From the IMG/VR virus record IMGVR_UViG_3300050821_006531: 61,319 bases of DNA; one strand, given 5' to 3'. The position numbers and the translations under genes were made by a program. Under the pieces are notes generated by a model, which was not told the DNA's origin, ran no database searches, and saw only the letters and a list, made by a program, of their open reading frames with translations. The DNA comes from a virus. Positions 33,810 to 43,833 of the stretch are shown here, in pieces. The stretch's first letter is position 1. Each line of letters opens with the position of its first letter.

Positions 33810-35450
33810 TCAGGCATGGAGCCAGACAGCCGTGAGTGTTCCGGTTTCAGCGGACCCTGTTGTGTAGGTAAACCCACCGCCTGACCCCGATTTGGCCTGG
33901 AGCTTAACTATATCGTTGACTGCCGCTGCGTAAACCCATGTTTGAGAGGTTGCGTAGAGCGCACTCCCGCTGCCGTTTGCCGAAACCGGCGGAGCAAACG
34001 GACTTTGAGGTGTTCCAGCCGCCACTAATTGCATGAACGCACCGCCATTGGTCGCGAGCAAACCAAAAGACTCACAACCGGTAATAACCCAGGTCCCGGC
34101 CCTGGACAGGGTCAAGGTCAACCCTGGAATGTCCTGGTAGGACGTTGTAAGAACTAATTGCGAGGACTCGACAGCAGACTGAACAATCGGTGTCAGTACG
34201 GCATTCCGCGTAATTGCCAGCACGTCCCAGTTGGTGCCTGTAAGTGGAGCCTGAAGAATACAACCCTCGCCGGGAGCGAACGAGAAAGCCGAACTGCCGT
34301 CGATGGTTTGGGCAGCCGCCGCGTTCAGGGTCAGAACACTGGTGGAAAGTGCCGAGTTCTTGACCGCGAAGACTTGGCCCGGAACCGTGGTTACGTCAGG
34401 TAGCGTGAAGGTCTCGACACCTGAGTTGTTGCTCTCGTAGGTGAAGTTGGCTGCTGTAATGCTGACTGAGCCGGCACTTGTTGCAAAGTTCAGAACAAGA
34501 ATGCCGGGGAGGTGCGCCCAAGCGCTCCCAGTCCAGTACAGAATCCCAAGCGTGTCACTAGCAACAAACAAAAATCCGGCGTCGGCGGTCCCGAGCGTGG
34601 GCAAGCTGGAGAACGCGGCAATCATGACCCCGGTCAGGTACACCCAGGTGGGTGTGGCTGTGATTAGCTTGTTTATGTAGGTGACTGTCCGGTCGGTTTC
34701 GTAGAACAACGTGCCAATTGGGTAGTTTGCGGGAGCATAGTTGCTGAGACGGTTGGCGTGTGTGTCTTCGAGCACGGGTAGGAGTTCACGTACCCAGGCC
34801 GAGCCGGTCCAGCGCCAGAGCGTGACCGGGGTGTCCGTAGCCAGGAACAAAAACCCGGCGTCGTGAGTGCCGAGGTCGGCAGGCTTGCTGGCTACCGCTG
34901 CCTGCATCACACCCCCGGCGTAGATCCAGTTGGTGCCGTTCGACTCGTAGAGGATTTGCCGGTCGCTCTCGAAGAACAACGTGAGCTTGTAGGACGCAGC
35001 CGCGTAGTTCGCGACTCGGTTGGCGTGTGTGTCTACCTGGATACCACCAAGTTCAGGCCCGGACCACTGGTAGTAAGGCTTGGCGGCGTAGCGGTACAAT
35101 GACCCAGGCTTGTTCGCGTTGGGCGTGAACAGGATCGCCAGGCCGTCCTGCGCGTAGGGCGCTCCCTGAGTTGGGTTGTTGGACGGAATAGTTGGCAGAG
35201 CGGGCAGAAACGCAAACTGTGGAGCGCCGGTCAGGTCGGTTACGTTGGGGTTGTAGAGGTTAGTGATTGCTGCCTGAAGTGCTGTGACCTGCTGCTGAAG
35301 TGTAGCAATCTCCGAGTTGATTGTTGTTAGGTTGGGTGGGGTAGTCTGGTTCGACTCGACCTTGTCATAGAGGTCGCTGATCGCGGCGGCGTTCGCCGAG
35401 CCATCAGGCAGCGTGACGGGCAGCCGCGAGAATGGGTTTACGGAAGCCAC
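33810..35450 (-). CDS. Tail fibre protein
   Basis: N-terminal coiled segment NSEIATLQQQVTALQAAITNL. An internal ~88-aa duplication (THANRVANY.../THANRLSNY...). A beta-rich C-terminus. Confidence 0.65.
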   Translation of the reverse strand: MASVNPFSRLPVTLPDGSANAAAISDLYDKVESNQTTPPNLTTINSEIATLQQQVTALQAAITNLYNPNVTDLTGAPQFAFLPALPTIPSNNPTQGAPYAQDGLAILFTPNANKPGSLYRYAAKPYYQWSGPELGGIQVDTHANRVANYAAASYKLTLFFESDRQILYESNGTNWIYAGGVMQAAVASKPADLGTHDAGFLFLATDTPVTLWRWTGSAWVRELLPVLEDTHANRLSNYAPANYPIGTLFYETDRTVTYINKLITATPTWVYLTGVMIAAFSSLPTLGTADAGFLFVASDTLGILYWTGSAWAHLPGILVLNFATSAGSVSITAANFTYESNNSGVETFTLPDVTTVPGQVFAVKNSALSTSVLTLNAAAAQTIDGSSAFSFAPGEGCILQAPLTGTNWDVLAITRNAVLTPIVQSAVESSQLVLTTSYQDIPGLTLTLSRAGTWVITGCESFGLLATNGGAFMQLVAAGTPQSPFAPPVSANGSGSALYATSQTWVYAAAVNDIVKLQAKSGSGGGFTYTTGSAETGTLTAVWLHA

Positions 35451-35816
35451 TTACTGCAAGTAGTTGTACGTGATTGAGTCGCCGCTAACCGTGCAGGCAA
35501 AGTAGATGTTTGTGGCCTGGTAGGGGAACGTGTTGGCGACCGGCAGGAAGGCATAGTTGCCACCAGCCAGAATGAAATTGCCCGTAGAGGTGGTCACGGC
35601 AGACCCGCCGAAGTACACCCGGCCTGTGTTGGCAAGTGGAGCCTGGAACGAAATCCACATGTAGGCAGCAGCAGTCGAGGACAGTTGTTTGGCTCCACTT
35701 GACGGGCAGGTCGCCGAACCCTGACCGATGTTGCCCGCGTGCGCAAGACTTTGCCGGGCCGGAGCAGCCGAAAACACAAGCAGCAAAACAAGGAGTAAGA
35801 GTCGAAAACGTTGCAT
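35451..35816 (-). CDS. Small protein with a signal peptide
   Basis: The start is trimmed to MQRFRLLLLVLLLVFSAAPARQSLA. Confidence 0.5.
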   Translation of the reverse strand: MQRFRLLLLVLLLVFSAAPARQSLAHAGNIGQGSATCPSSGAKQLSSTAAAYMWISFQAPLANTGRVYFGGSAVTTSTGNFILAGGNYAFLPVANTFPYQATNIYFACTVSGDSITYNYLQ

Positions 35817-35841
35817 GCCCGCAATTATAACCCGAGCACCC

Positions 35842-38800
35842 TTACGTGCGGAACACAGCCAGCTCAATGTAGTCGGGTTGCGTCCACTCCTTCAGCTCAA
35901 TTGTGAAGGCGTCGGGGAACAGTGCGAACGGTTGCGCGGACGTGAGCGAGTACGCAAAAGCCAAGTCTTTGATGCGGTAATCGAGCATCTGCTGGAGCAC
36001 CTGGAACTGACCGTTCGTGGATGGAATCGAGTAGCTGAACTGCCGCCCGTCCTGTGTCATGATGAGCAGCGTGACCGGGCTTGTGGAAATCAGCCCCGCG
36101 TAGAGCCGGCGGTGATACTTCCAGCCAGGGTCAGCCAAGTTAATAAATTGGGTTGTGACGCTCGTGGACAGGTACGGCTGCGGGTACCAGGAGGGTTCAC
36201 AAGCGTAAAGCCGAGGACCGTCTGGTCCGCCTGTCCAGGAGTACTTCACTGCGATGTTGCGGTAGAGCGCCATGCCGCCGCCAGCAATAGCCTGCAAACT
36301 CGCGATGTTGTTCTGGACCTGAATACGGGCTCCAGCGACCGCTACTTGCAATAAAGCAATAAACGACTGCGCGTCGTTCACCCCAACAGCCATGTTGAGC
36401 GCACCGGTCCCGTCACAGTCGGTCATCTGGTCAATGTAAAGCTTTTGTGAACGCTCGTCACCGCCGTCGAGCGCCGGGGTGAGTACGATCGACGTAAACG
36501 GAGCACCGTTGTCAGAGTCCCCACCCGACTGGTAAATCTGAGTCTTTGCCCGGTCAAGCAGCAAAATCTCTTGCTGATTCGGGTCGGTCGCGGAAGCTTC
36601 TACCAGGTAGTGGTAACGGACATTGTCAGTGTAGTGGTGCAGGAACCAGCGCTGTTTGGTGATTTCGTACCGCAGCGTGACAGGGTTGTTGTCCACGTCG
36701 ATGTAGTCGAAGTACAGGTCCTGGTCGCAGCACGACAAGCGCAAGTCCGTGAGCCGGGTCATATCCACAGGCAGAATGATGTTGGTCCCTGAGTTGACCG
36801 CCACGGCGGGCGATCCGTCGTGTGGAAAGATCGGGTAGAGCTTGGCGTCACTGATGTTGACCGCCCCGGCTTCGGTGGCTTTGTAGATACCGTCGCGGCC
36901 CAGGTAATAGACGCCGTCAGGGCCACGGCAGCAGGCCCAGGTGGACCACATGCCCGAGAAGGCTGGGATACGTGAGAACTGGTAGACAACAGGACCGGCG
37001 GAGACTCCAAGCGACGTTAGGTAGGAGTACCGGACGACAAACACGTTGTCGCGAGAACCTACGAACACAAGGCCGTTCCAGACCTCGCCGGAAATCAGTG
37101 GTTCGGACGGCGGACAGACCTCAAGTGTGTTCGCGTCAGACGCACTATCCAAGTTGGAAGAATTGGTGTAGTAGAGCGTGCCGGGGTTGACCGGGTCCCC
37201 GAGTCCGAACGCGACGGGAGCGAAAGGCCCTTCCAAGGGACCGAACACATAGTTCAGAGTTTGCCCGTACAGAACCGGGTTTTCGATCTGGTAGGGAACG
37301 CCACCAAGCAGCCCGCCCTGGACCGAGGTAGCAATTTCAAGAAAGCTTGCGGAGTGCGGCTGGCCATACGTCTGGTAAGCCACACCATTAATTGTGATTA
37401 TGGTACCGCTGAGCAGTTGGAGGTCGAAGTTGGAACCGCCAGCAAGAATCACTGAGGTTCCGTAGACCGTGACCAGCCCAGTGCGTGCGGGCTGGAGCGT
37501 GGGCCAGGGCTGGATTTGTGTGAGGTCGGTTGTGGGGCTGCCCGCCACCACACCGTCTGAAAGCACATCGTTGAAGACGTTCGGTGTCGCAGTGTTGTTT
37601 GGAACCGTACCTACGTACGTAAAGTCGGTGAGGCCGCCGCCCTGCCGGTAAATGTCCAGACTGTCCACGCCAACCTGCATGGACGTAGCCGGTGTGACCA
37701 CAAGCTCTTCACGCATTGGAGACAGGTCATAGCGTGGCGCGGGCGAGGGCACCGACTCCGCTCCAGTGAGTGAGTCCCGAGCTACTACCTCGTACAAGAG
37801 TCCAACTGGCGAGTTCGACAACACGGCAGGCCCATACGTTCCAAAGAAGTACCAGCCACTCGTCTGAATGGGACCGACTGAGCCTGTGGTTACGAACAGA
37901 ATTTGAATGGCTTGAACGCCTGCAAACGTGAGCGTCGGGTCGGCCCCACTCTGCACTCCTGTGTTGATTGTCAGAACGAGTTCGTTCCACTGCGACATCG
38001 AGTCCTGAAGCTGGCTTGGTAGGATTGTCCAAGTCCAGTAGTTGCCTGTGAAAGCATTCCCCAAGCCTGTCGTTGCCGGGTCGATGTCAATCATGACCTG
38101 GACGTTAACCAAATTGGTTGGGTTGGTGACGAACAGCGACAAGTGAAAGTTGTCCAGGACTGAGATTGGCCGGGAGCCAATCGCGGTATTTGAGGCATCT
38201 ACCGAGAGTTGGAGACCCATGCCGCCAGTCCCCGCCGTCGTGAGTCCCCCGAGCGCGGTGGATGGAATATGAATGACTTCAGTAGCCGCGTGGTTGACCG
38301 TGGTGTAGGCCCTCCAACAGGTCAGCCCAGACACCGACTCGCCGGCCGCGTGAGTGCCTGACGTAGAAGCGCGGATCGAGTACGTAAGTCCGTCCGGGGC
38401 CTGAGTCACCGACAGAACCCGGACCACTTCAGACGAATTAACGTAGATCAGGGAGTTCCGGGCAATGTTTACCGGGTTGGCTGAGAACGCAATCGTGCAA
38501 GGGCCACTCGTGCCAGAGTCGTAGTTGATTGCAAGAATCGTCGTCGAAGCAATCGGGTTGTGGATTTCCCGGACGGTGACGACTTCCTGCGACATGCCAG
38601 GGTTGAGAATGACCTGCATGAACGGGACTGCGTAGTCGAAGTTGCCTGAGTCTCCGACTGCGACGTTGATGCATGCCCAACCAGTGTTGCCGGAATCATA
38701 GGAGATCGACGTGACTGTCGGGAAGGTGGAAGTGGTTTGTGTGCGGTCCCCGAGCGTGATCGAGCCACCAGTGCCGGACGCAACCCAGGAGGCGTAGTCA

Positions 38801-39297
38801 GCGAACGCTGTGTCGATTTCGGCTATGCCGGGGACGCCGAACTCAACCGTTGGGGGACTCACAGGGGCCACACCAATGTTGCGGAGTGTGCCGTCTGCCT
38901 TGAACTTGTTCTGACGTTGGATGTCGTAGACGTACATCCAGGAATCCGGGGAGTTGTTAGGCCGGAAGGTCAGGAACGACAAAGGGTTGTTTGAGTAACC
39001 AGTGTCTACCTTGGGCATGAAGCCGGGCTGGCCCGCGTAGAGGTTGGCGTTGCCAGCACCAACAAAGTAAGCGTAGGCAGGGGACAGAAGTGCGTCGTTG
39101 AGACGACGGATTGAGTTGGGGATGTCAGCTACCCAAGAGAAGATTGAGTAACCAGGTCGGGCTTCGAGACGACCCTCCTGCACCACACGGCAATTGAAAA
39201 TATACGGGTACGCGCCGGGGGGCATCCGGTCGATAGTAGAGACAAGGTCAATCCCGGTGCAGTTCATGCGCCACGGAGCCCTTTGTATCTCAGGCAT
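35842..39297 (-). CDS. Large tail/nozzle structural protein
   Basis: 1151 aa. Assigned by its position between the adaptor-like genes and the fibre. Confidence 0.65.
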   Translation of the reverse strand: MPEIQRAPWRMNCTGIDLVSTIDRMPPGAYPYIFNCRVVQEGRLEARPGYSIFSWVADIPNSIRRLNDALLSPAYAYFVGAGNANLYAGQPGFMPKVDTGYSNNPLSFLTFRPNNSPDSWMYVYDIQRQNKFKADGTLRNIGVAPVSPPTVEFGVPGIAEIDTAFADYASWVASGTGGSITLGDRTQTTSTFPTVTSISYDSGNTGWACINVAVGDSGNFDYAVPFMQVILNPGMSQEVVTVREIHNPIASTTILAINYDSGTSGPCTIAFSANPVNIARNSLIYVNSSEVVRVLSVTQAPDGLTYSIRASTSGTHAAGESVSGLTCWRAYTTVNHAATEVIHIPSTALGGLTTAGTGGMGLQLSVDASNTAIGSRPISVLDNFHLSLFVTNPTNLVNVQVMIDIDPATTGLGNAFTGNYWTWTILPSQLQDSMSQWNELVLTINTGVQSGADPTLTFAGVQAIQILFVTTGSVGPIQTSGWYFFGTYGPAVLSNSPVGLLYEVVARDSLTGAESVPSPAPRYDLSPMREELVVTPATSMQVGVDSLDIYRQGGGLTDFTYVGTVPNNTATPNVFNDVLSDGVVAGSPTTDLTQIQPWPTLQPARTGLVTVYGTSVILAGGSNFDLQLLSGTIITINGVAYQTYGQPHSASFLEIATSVQGGLLGGVPYQIENPVLYGQTLNYVFGPLEGPFAPVAFGLGDPVNPGTLYYTNSSNLDSASDANTLEVCPPSEPLISGEVWNGLVFVGSRDNVFVVRYSYLTSLGVSAGPVVYQFSRIPAFSGMWSTWACCRGPDGVYYLGRDGIYKATEAGAVNISDAKLYPIFPHDGSPAVAVNSGTNIILPVDMTRLTDLRLSCCDQDLYFDYIDVDNNPVTLRYEITKQRWFLHHYTDNVRYHYLVEASATDPNQQEILLLDRAKTQIYQSGGDSDNGAPFTSIVLTPALDGGDERSQKLYIDQMTDCDGTGALNMAVGVNDAQSFIALLQVAVAGARIQVQNNIASLQAIAGGGMALYRNIAVKYSWTGGPDGPRLYACEPSWYPQPYLSTSVTTQFINLADPGWKYHRRLYAGLISTSPVTLLIMTQDGRQFSYSIPSTNGQFQVLQQMLDYRIKDLAFAYSLTSAQPFALFPDAFTIELKEWTQPDYIELAVFRT

Positions 39298-40624
39298 TCG
39301 CGCCCTCCGCAGCTTCGGCCATCACGTCCGGGCGTGCAGCCTCTTCACGCTGAGGCTGACCGAACAGCGGCTCAAGGTACCGAATCTTAGCGGCGTTGAT
39401 GCGTCCACGCAGCGCCGCACGCTTCATAAAAGCGTCGTACTGGGCAAAGGACGTTTTCAGGTTGTTGCCGCCGCACTTGAGTGACAGGTAGTTTGCGCAG
39501 TAGTTCACGAGTGCTGGAATGTCTTCCTCACCCAAGGGTATAAAGTTGATCGGACTGATTGGGATGGGCGCGGATTGAATCACGTCCACAGAGACGCCGT
39601 AAGCTTGGTCCGGGAGTCCGGGGGCTACAACAAAAGCGTCGTAGAGGACACCAGCCAACACGGGAGAGCCGGTCTGGTTGCGCCAGTAAGGTAGTGCCGC
39701 GTCGATTGCCTGGAACGAGTCGATTGGCGAGGGCACACCGCCAAGCGTGAGTCGCTGCACCGAACGTGCAGTCTGAGCCATCGTGACCGACTGTTCGTAC
39801 CGTCGCTTGGCGTACTCGGCCCGGAAGTCGTCCCGAACCTGGCTCTCGCTGCTGTAGATGTCCCACAACGCCGCGTACTTTACAGCGTGAATCCACTCAT
39901 CAGGAATGTTGAACGTAGCTGCCGGGTTGGTGATATCTACCTGCAACGAGTCCACAGAGATTATTTCGAGCGTTCCGCTGTTGAGCGGTGCGGGCACAAG
40001 CTGAAGCGTGAGAGGGGCAAGCTCAGACTCTGAGTAGGTTGCTGGGAGGTCCGGCGTGAGTGGCCACTGCCAGTTGGCTTTGTCCAGGCTCCAGGCGTCT
40101 TCCCGCCAGAGGTTGTTCCACCGGCCCGTGAACTGGTCCTGCCACGTAGCCCTGTGAACGTACACTGAAGCCTGCGGGAACGAAATCGTGCCTTGGGGCG
40201 ACGGCGGCGACGTGATCTTGTGCGTGGAGAACGGAAAGTGCACGTCGATCACAAACCGGTCGCGCGCCCGCTGAATTGCCAGGAGTATGTTTTGAACTGT
40301 GACTTGGCCGGTCATGCCGCCGCCACTCACCCCACCCGCGCTTTCAAGCAAGTGGTACTGGATCTCGTTAACCATTGCGTTGAGAGTCCAAGTCCGGGTG
40401 CGTAGCAGGGGGAGTTGCGCGGAAATGTCGTAGTAGGAAACGTTCGGGGTAAGGCTGAATGCGCCACGGGAGCGCCAGTAGTTGGTCAGTGCTCCCCAGT
40501 AATACAACCCTTCCCAGATCGCGTACTGGAGTTCGTTGGGCTGCCAGTACAGGGAGCTGGGGTCGTCGAGCAGCGTCGAGAGTTGGTTTTGGAGTTGCCC
40601 GAGCGAGACTTGGGAGTAAGGCAC
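39290..40624 (-). CDS. Virion structural protein (tail/adaptor-like)
   Basis: 444 aa, overlapping the start of the 1151-aa gene. Confidence 0.6.
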   Translation of the reverse strand: MPYSQVSLGQLQNQLSTLLDDPSSLYWQPNELQYAIWEGLYYWGALTNYWRSRGAFSLTPNVSYYDISAQLPLLRTRTWTLNAMVNEIQYHLLESAGGVSGGGMTGQVTVQNILLAIQRARDRFVIDVHFPFSTHKITSPPSPQGTISFPQASVYVHRATWQDQFTGRWNNLWREDAWSLDKANWQWPLTPDLPATYSESELAPLTLQLVPAPLNSGTLEIISVDSLQVDITNPAATFNIPDEWIHAVKYAALWDIYSSESQVRDDFRAEYAKRRYEQSVTMAQTARSVQRLTLGGVPSPIDSFQAIDAALPYWRNQTGSPVLAGVLYDAFVVAPGLPDQAYGVSVDVIQSAPIPISPINFIPLGEEDIPALVNYCANYLSLKCGGNNLKTSFAQYDAFMKRAALRGRINAAKIRYLEPLFGQPQREEAARPDVMAEAAEGANA

Positions 40625-40639
40625 GGGGCAGTCCTCAGG

Positions 40640-40834
40640 CTACTCCTTGCCGTTGTAGCAGGCGTCGTCCGCCGGGCCTTCGATGACTCCGCCGCCTGAG
40701 TTTGCGAGTTTGCTGGAGCCAGGGTACTTCTTGACGGGAGCAGCAATTGAGCTGGGGGCTTTGCCGTTGTAGCCAGCGGGGCCAGCGATCCCGCTCTTGG
40801 ACGGTCGTTCGGATTTGGGCTCGGACTCGCGCAT
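40640..40834 (-). CDS. Hypothetical small protein
   Basis: It exactly fills the 40625-40861 gap. AAGGAGA lies 8 nt upstream of the ATG. Confidence 0.5.
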   Translation of the reverse strand: MRESEPKSERPSKSGIAGPAGYNGKAPSSIAAPVKKYPGSSKLANSGGGVIEGPADDACYNGKE

Positions 40835-40861
40835 GTAAGGTGTCTCCTTGCAGTCAGTGTA

Positions 40862-41419
40862 CTACATGGAGGCCAGGGCAGCGGTCTGAGCCGCCGGGAG
40901 GTGGGACTCGTAACGAGTTTGGTAAACGCCGGGATGGTCGATGTACCAGGCCAGGGAGAGGTTCTTGTTGTTCCCAGCCCAAAGTTTGTACCCGGCACGC
41001 ATGTTGGTGAGTGGATCCAGGAGTTGGCTTTCGTCAGTAATACCAAACAGTTTCATACGTGGAGCCTTCAACGCACCAGCAAGATTTATTTGTAGTAATC
41101 CCCAGGAATCGTCACCCGTGGCTGAGTCGCCATTGTAAGCGCTCGGGACGCCCGCTGACTCGCGCAGCGCGATTGCCGTCATGGTAGTCGCAACCACGGA
41201 CGGGAAGCCCGCCTGAATAGCGAGCTTGTAAATTGCCGCTGGGGAAAGTGGCACATTCGGATTGTACACAGTTGAAGGATTAGCGGGGGGTGTGGGTAGC
41301 ATGGTTTCGTGAGTCTCCAGAGGGCTAAGCGCTAGTACTGTCCAAAGGGCCGCGCGTCGGAGGGGGCGGGCGGCCCTCAAACGCTGAAAACCCCAGCGCC
41401 GGGTCTTCCGTCGAGTCAA
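40862..41419 (-). CDS. Lytic transglycosylase (SLT domain) endolysin-like protein
   Basis: ALRESAGVPSAYNGDSATGDDSWGLLQINL gives the catalytic E-S and GLxQI motifs. The N-terminus is basic then hydrophobic. Confidence 0.8.
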   Translation of the reverse strand: MTRRKTRRWGFQRLRAARPLRRAALWTVLALSPLETHETMLPTPPANPSTVYNPNVPLSPAAIYKLAIQAGFPSVVATTMTAIALRESAGVPSAYNGDSATGDDSWGLLQINLAGALKAPRMKLFGITDESQLLDPLTNMRAGYKLWAGNNKNLSLAWYIDHPGVYQTRYESHLPAAQTAALASM

Positions 41420-41553
41420 CGGAAATTTGTCAGAATCAGCCGCTGCTGGACCGTGAGCGGCTGAAGAGCGATTGCGCAGCGAAGCGTCTCACGGTAGGAG
41501 TCGGCGGCCCGGCCAGTGCCGAACCTGAGTTTGAGCCATTCCAAGTGTGTCAT
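41416..41553 (-). CDS. Possible 45-aa ORF
   Basis: The start is trimmed to MTHLEW..., just after the upstream stop. Confidence 0.3.
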   Translation of the reverse strand: MTHLEWLKLRFGTGRAADSYRETLRCAIALQPLTVQQRLILTNFR

Positions 41554-41554
41554 A

Positions 41555-41764
41555 TCATCGAAGCGCATGTGGCGTAAACAGCGAGGTCCCAGCCCCCGCA
41601 AACTGGCTCGCGACAAACAGAAGTAGAACGATCAACAGAAGCGCGCCGCACAGCCAAAGGACAGGTTGTGGAAGCCCAAACCTTTGGCAAACCCACAACA
41701 TGCCGTAAGCAACCACACAAAAAATAATGATCCAGATAATAATCTGAACGATTTGAGGAATCAC
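41555..41764 (-). CDS. Small membrane protein with two predicted TM helices (holin-like)
   Basis: IVQIIIWIIIFCVVAYGMLWV and VLWLCGALLLIVLLLFVA. Confidence 0.6.
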   Translation of the reverse strand: MIPQIVQIIIWIIIFCVVAYGMLWVCQRFGLPQPVLWLCGALLLIVLLLFVASQFAGAGTSLFTPHALR

Positions 41765-41801
41765 GGGGAAGTCCCCTTTCTCAGTTCACAATAGCACGTG
41801 G

Positions 41802-42221
41802 TCAGTGCCGTCCGTTCGCGTCGATCTTGGCTTCGATGCGCACCAGCGTATCTTTCAAATCCAACTGTGACCTATCGATTGTGGCAAACCTCAAATTGTC
41901 TTCGGCGGTGTGAACCGCAATCGACTGTGAGTTTTCGTGATCCTTCCTGGACAACTCTTCCTTGATGCTGTTTTGCGCCGCTAGAATCTCCACGTGCTTT
42001 CGTTGGAGCTCTTCCTTGCTCTCAACGTACTTCATCTCCAACTGCTCTTTTACGTTAACCTGGCTCGCGAGCAGCTCTGCCTTGACCTTCTCCTGGGTCA
42101 GTTTGATGTCCGCGAGCGAGTTTTTAATGAACAGGCTGACGACTAACCACGCGACAGTGACACACGCGGAGATCGCTTCGAAAATGACGTGCGGGTCGAT
42201 TGGCGGCATCCACAGTCTCAC
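41802..42221 (-). CDS. N-terminally anchored coiled-coil protein (i-spanin-like)
   Basis: A TM segment ISACVTVAWLVVSLFI followed by heptad-like KEQLEMKYVESKEELQRKHVEILAAQNSIKEEL. Confidence 0.55.
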   Translation of the reverse strand: MRLWMPPIDPHVIFEAISACVTVAWLVVSLFIKNSLADIKLTQEKVKAELLASQVNVKEQLEMKYVESKEELQRKHVEILAAQNSIKEELSRKDHENSQSIAVHTAEDNLRFATIDRSQLDLKDTLVRIEAKIDANGRH

Positions 42222-42562
42222 TGCTTAGAAGATGAGATTGGCTCCACGTGTGTTTCGGAAGTAGTCGTGGTGATCACAGGAGGCTTGGAGCCTTGCGCGG
42301 TAATTGCTGTGGTTGTGGTGACCTCTTTCACTGACGGAAGCGGCTGCCCCTGCAAGAACTTCGCCATGCTCACCACGGCGTTGGTCGCAAACAAAATCCC
42401 AATTAGCAGCCAGAACTTACTTCCCTGGAAGTGCTCCGGGTCCATGGTGGTGACCGCGAGGCCGCCTGTGATGGCGGAAGCGCCACCGCTGATGCCGGCT
42501 GAGAACAGGCCACGAAGCCATCCGTCAACGTCCAGGTTTGAGACTGTGCTAAAAAGTTTCAC
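42218..42562 (-). CDS. Membrane protein (holin-like)
   Basis: GTG at 42562 with AAGGAAG upstream. Contains GLFSAGISGGASAITGGLAV and FWLLIGILFATNAVVSM. Confidence 0.5.
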   Translation of the reverse strand: MKLFSTVSNLDVDGWLRGLFSAGISGGASAITGGLAVTTMDPEHFQGSKFWLLIGILFATNAVVSMAKFLQGQPLPSVKEVTTTTAITAQGSKPPVITTTTSETHVEPISSSKQ

Positions 42563-42573
42563 GTGACTCTTCC

Positions 42574-43824
42574 TTACCCGCCCCTGAGGTACGGCGCATG
42601 TTTTTGCATCCATTCTCCAGTCTCGAACGGAGCGAACGGCAAGCTCTTGTAATCGACGTTGTAGATCCCGACTTCCTGATCATTGCGTTCTAAATCCCAC
42701 AGCATCTTCTCGGCGGTGACCATGTGCTGTCCGTAGAGCGCGAGGTTGAAGTAGGGGTTTTTGTGCTCTGCGTCCGGGCCTGGGTAAGACGCAGCCTTCG
42801 CAAGCGCCATTTCGAGAAGGACCTCGCCACGATTTGCAATAAAGGGCGGAAGCTGCGGTTGCTGCGGAGTCAGGTCGTACTCCTTGGCGATGTAGATGTA
42901 CGGGTAGAGGTACGTGTTGCTGGTCGGCGAAGGCCACAGTTCGAAGCGCGGGACACCACTGGTCATTTGTGAGGTCGCGTTAATCACGAACAGATCGTTA
43001 GAGACGTAGGAGACCACGTCCGGCCAGTAAATCTGCACACCGTCCATCAAATCCTGAGCTTGGTCTGAAGTCGTCACTGGCCCCGTGAAAGTGCTTTGAC
43101 CAGCCCGCATCCACTGGAAAGTAGCAGTGCCACTTACCCCACCAGTTACAACTTGGATGATGTAGGTTGCATTCGCTACGTAAGAGTACCCAGTTGTCGT
43201 CGTCGAGATCGGTGCCGGGTCCGTCGCACTTGTCACACCTAGCACTGGGCCGATTGTTCCGCCGAAATTCGGCGAGAAATCGTAGAAAGAAACGGCGTAC
43301 GTCTGTTGCTGGTTGGTGCGTTGTGGGTCGAGGATCGACAGTTCTTCCTCAGTAACGTTCGTCCAAAGCTGGAAGGCATCTTTGACCGACCAGACCACGT
43401 ACCAATAACCGAAGTCGGCTGGAGCGGGGTAGTAGATTTGAAGGACCTGGTAAGTGACACCGGTCACGTCCGGGCCAGCCCACGGCTGGTCAATCAACAA
43501 ACTCGTCGGTGACAGATAGCCGACAATCGTGTAGTACGGATAGAGCAGGCCACCGAGACGGATCTGCTGACCGACCATGGCCGGTGTCCAGGTTGTGCCG
43601 GAGCCTGTTATCAGATTGGGGTTGCCGGTCGCGACATTGCTGGATGCAGTGCCAGTAATGTACATGTTCGGCGGGGCAAAGGTACCGTGGCGGCGACGGA
43701 AGCTCCACATGCCACGGCTCTGGAGCGTTCTCCAGCTGTCATTCACTAATTGTTGCGAAAGTGCAATTCCGACTTGTGGAGCCCGGCTGAGCAAGCGGTT
43801 CGACAATGTGAAGAAGTCATCCAT
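42574..43824 (-). CDS. Virion structural protein
   Basis: 416 aa, lying between the capsid-accessory genes and the lysis cassette. Confidence 0.6.
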   Translation of the reverse strand: MDDFFTLSNRLLSRAPQVGIALSQQLVNDSWRTLQSRGMWSFRRRHGTFAPPNMYITGTASSNVATGNPNLITGSGTTWTPAMVGQQIRLGGLLYPYYTIVGYLSPTSLLIDQPWAGPDVTGVTYQVLQIYYPAPADFGYWYVVWSVKDAFQLWTNVTEEELSILDPQRTNQQQTYAVSFYDFSPNFGGTIGPVLGVTSATDPAPISTTTTGYSYVANATYIIQVVTGGVSGTATFQWMRAGQSTFTGPVTTSDQAQDLMDGVQIYWPDVVSYVSNDLFVINATSQMTSGVPRFELWPSPTSNTYLYPYIYIAKEYDLTPQQPQLPPFIANRGEVLLEMALAKAASYPGPDAEHKNPYFNLALYGQHMVTAEKMLWDLERNDQEVGIYNVDYKSLPFAPFETGEWMQKHAPYLRGG

Positions 43825-43833
43825 GTCACGGGT

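Noticed and set aside
40486-41046. A 186-aa minus-strand ORF.
   Set aside because: It overlaps the SLT gene and the RBS-supported 40640..40834 ORF in another frame. The product is Pro/Thr/Ser/Arg-rich.
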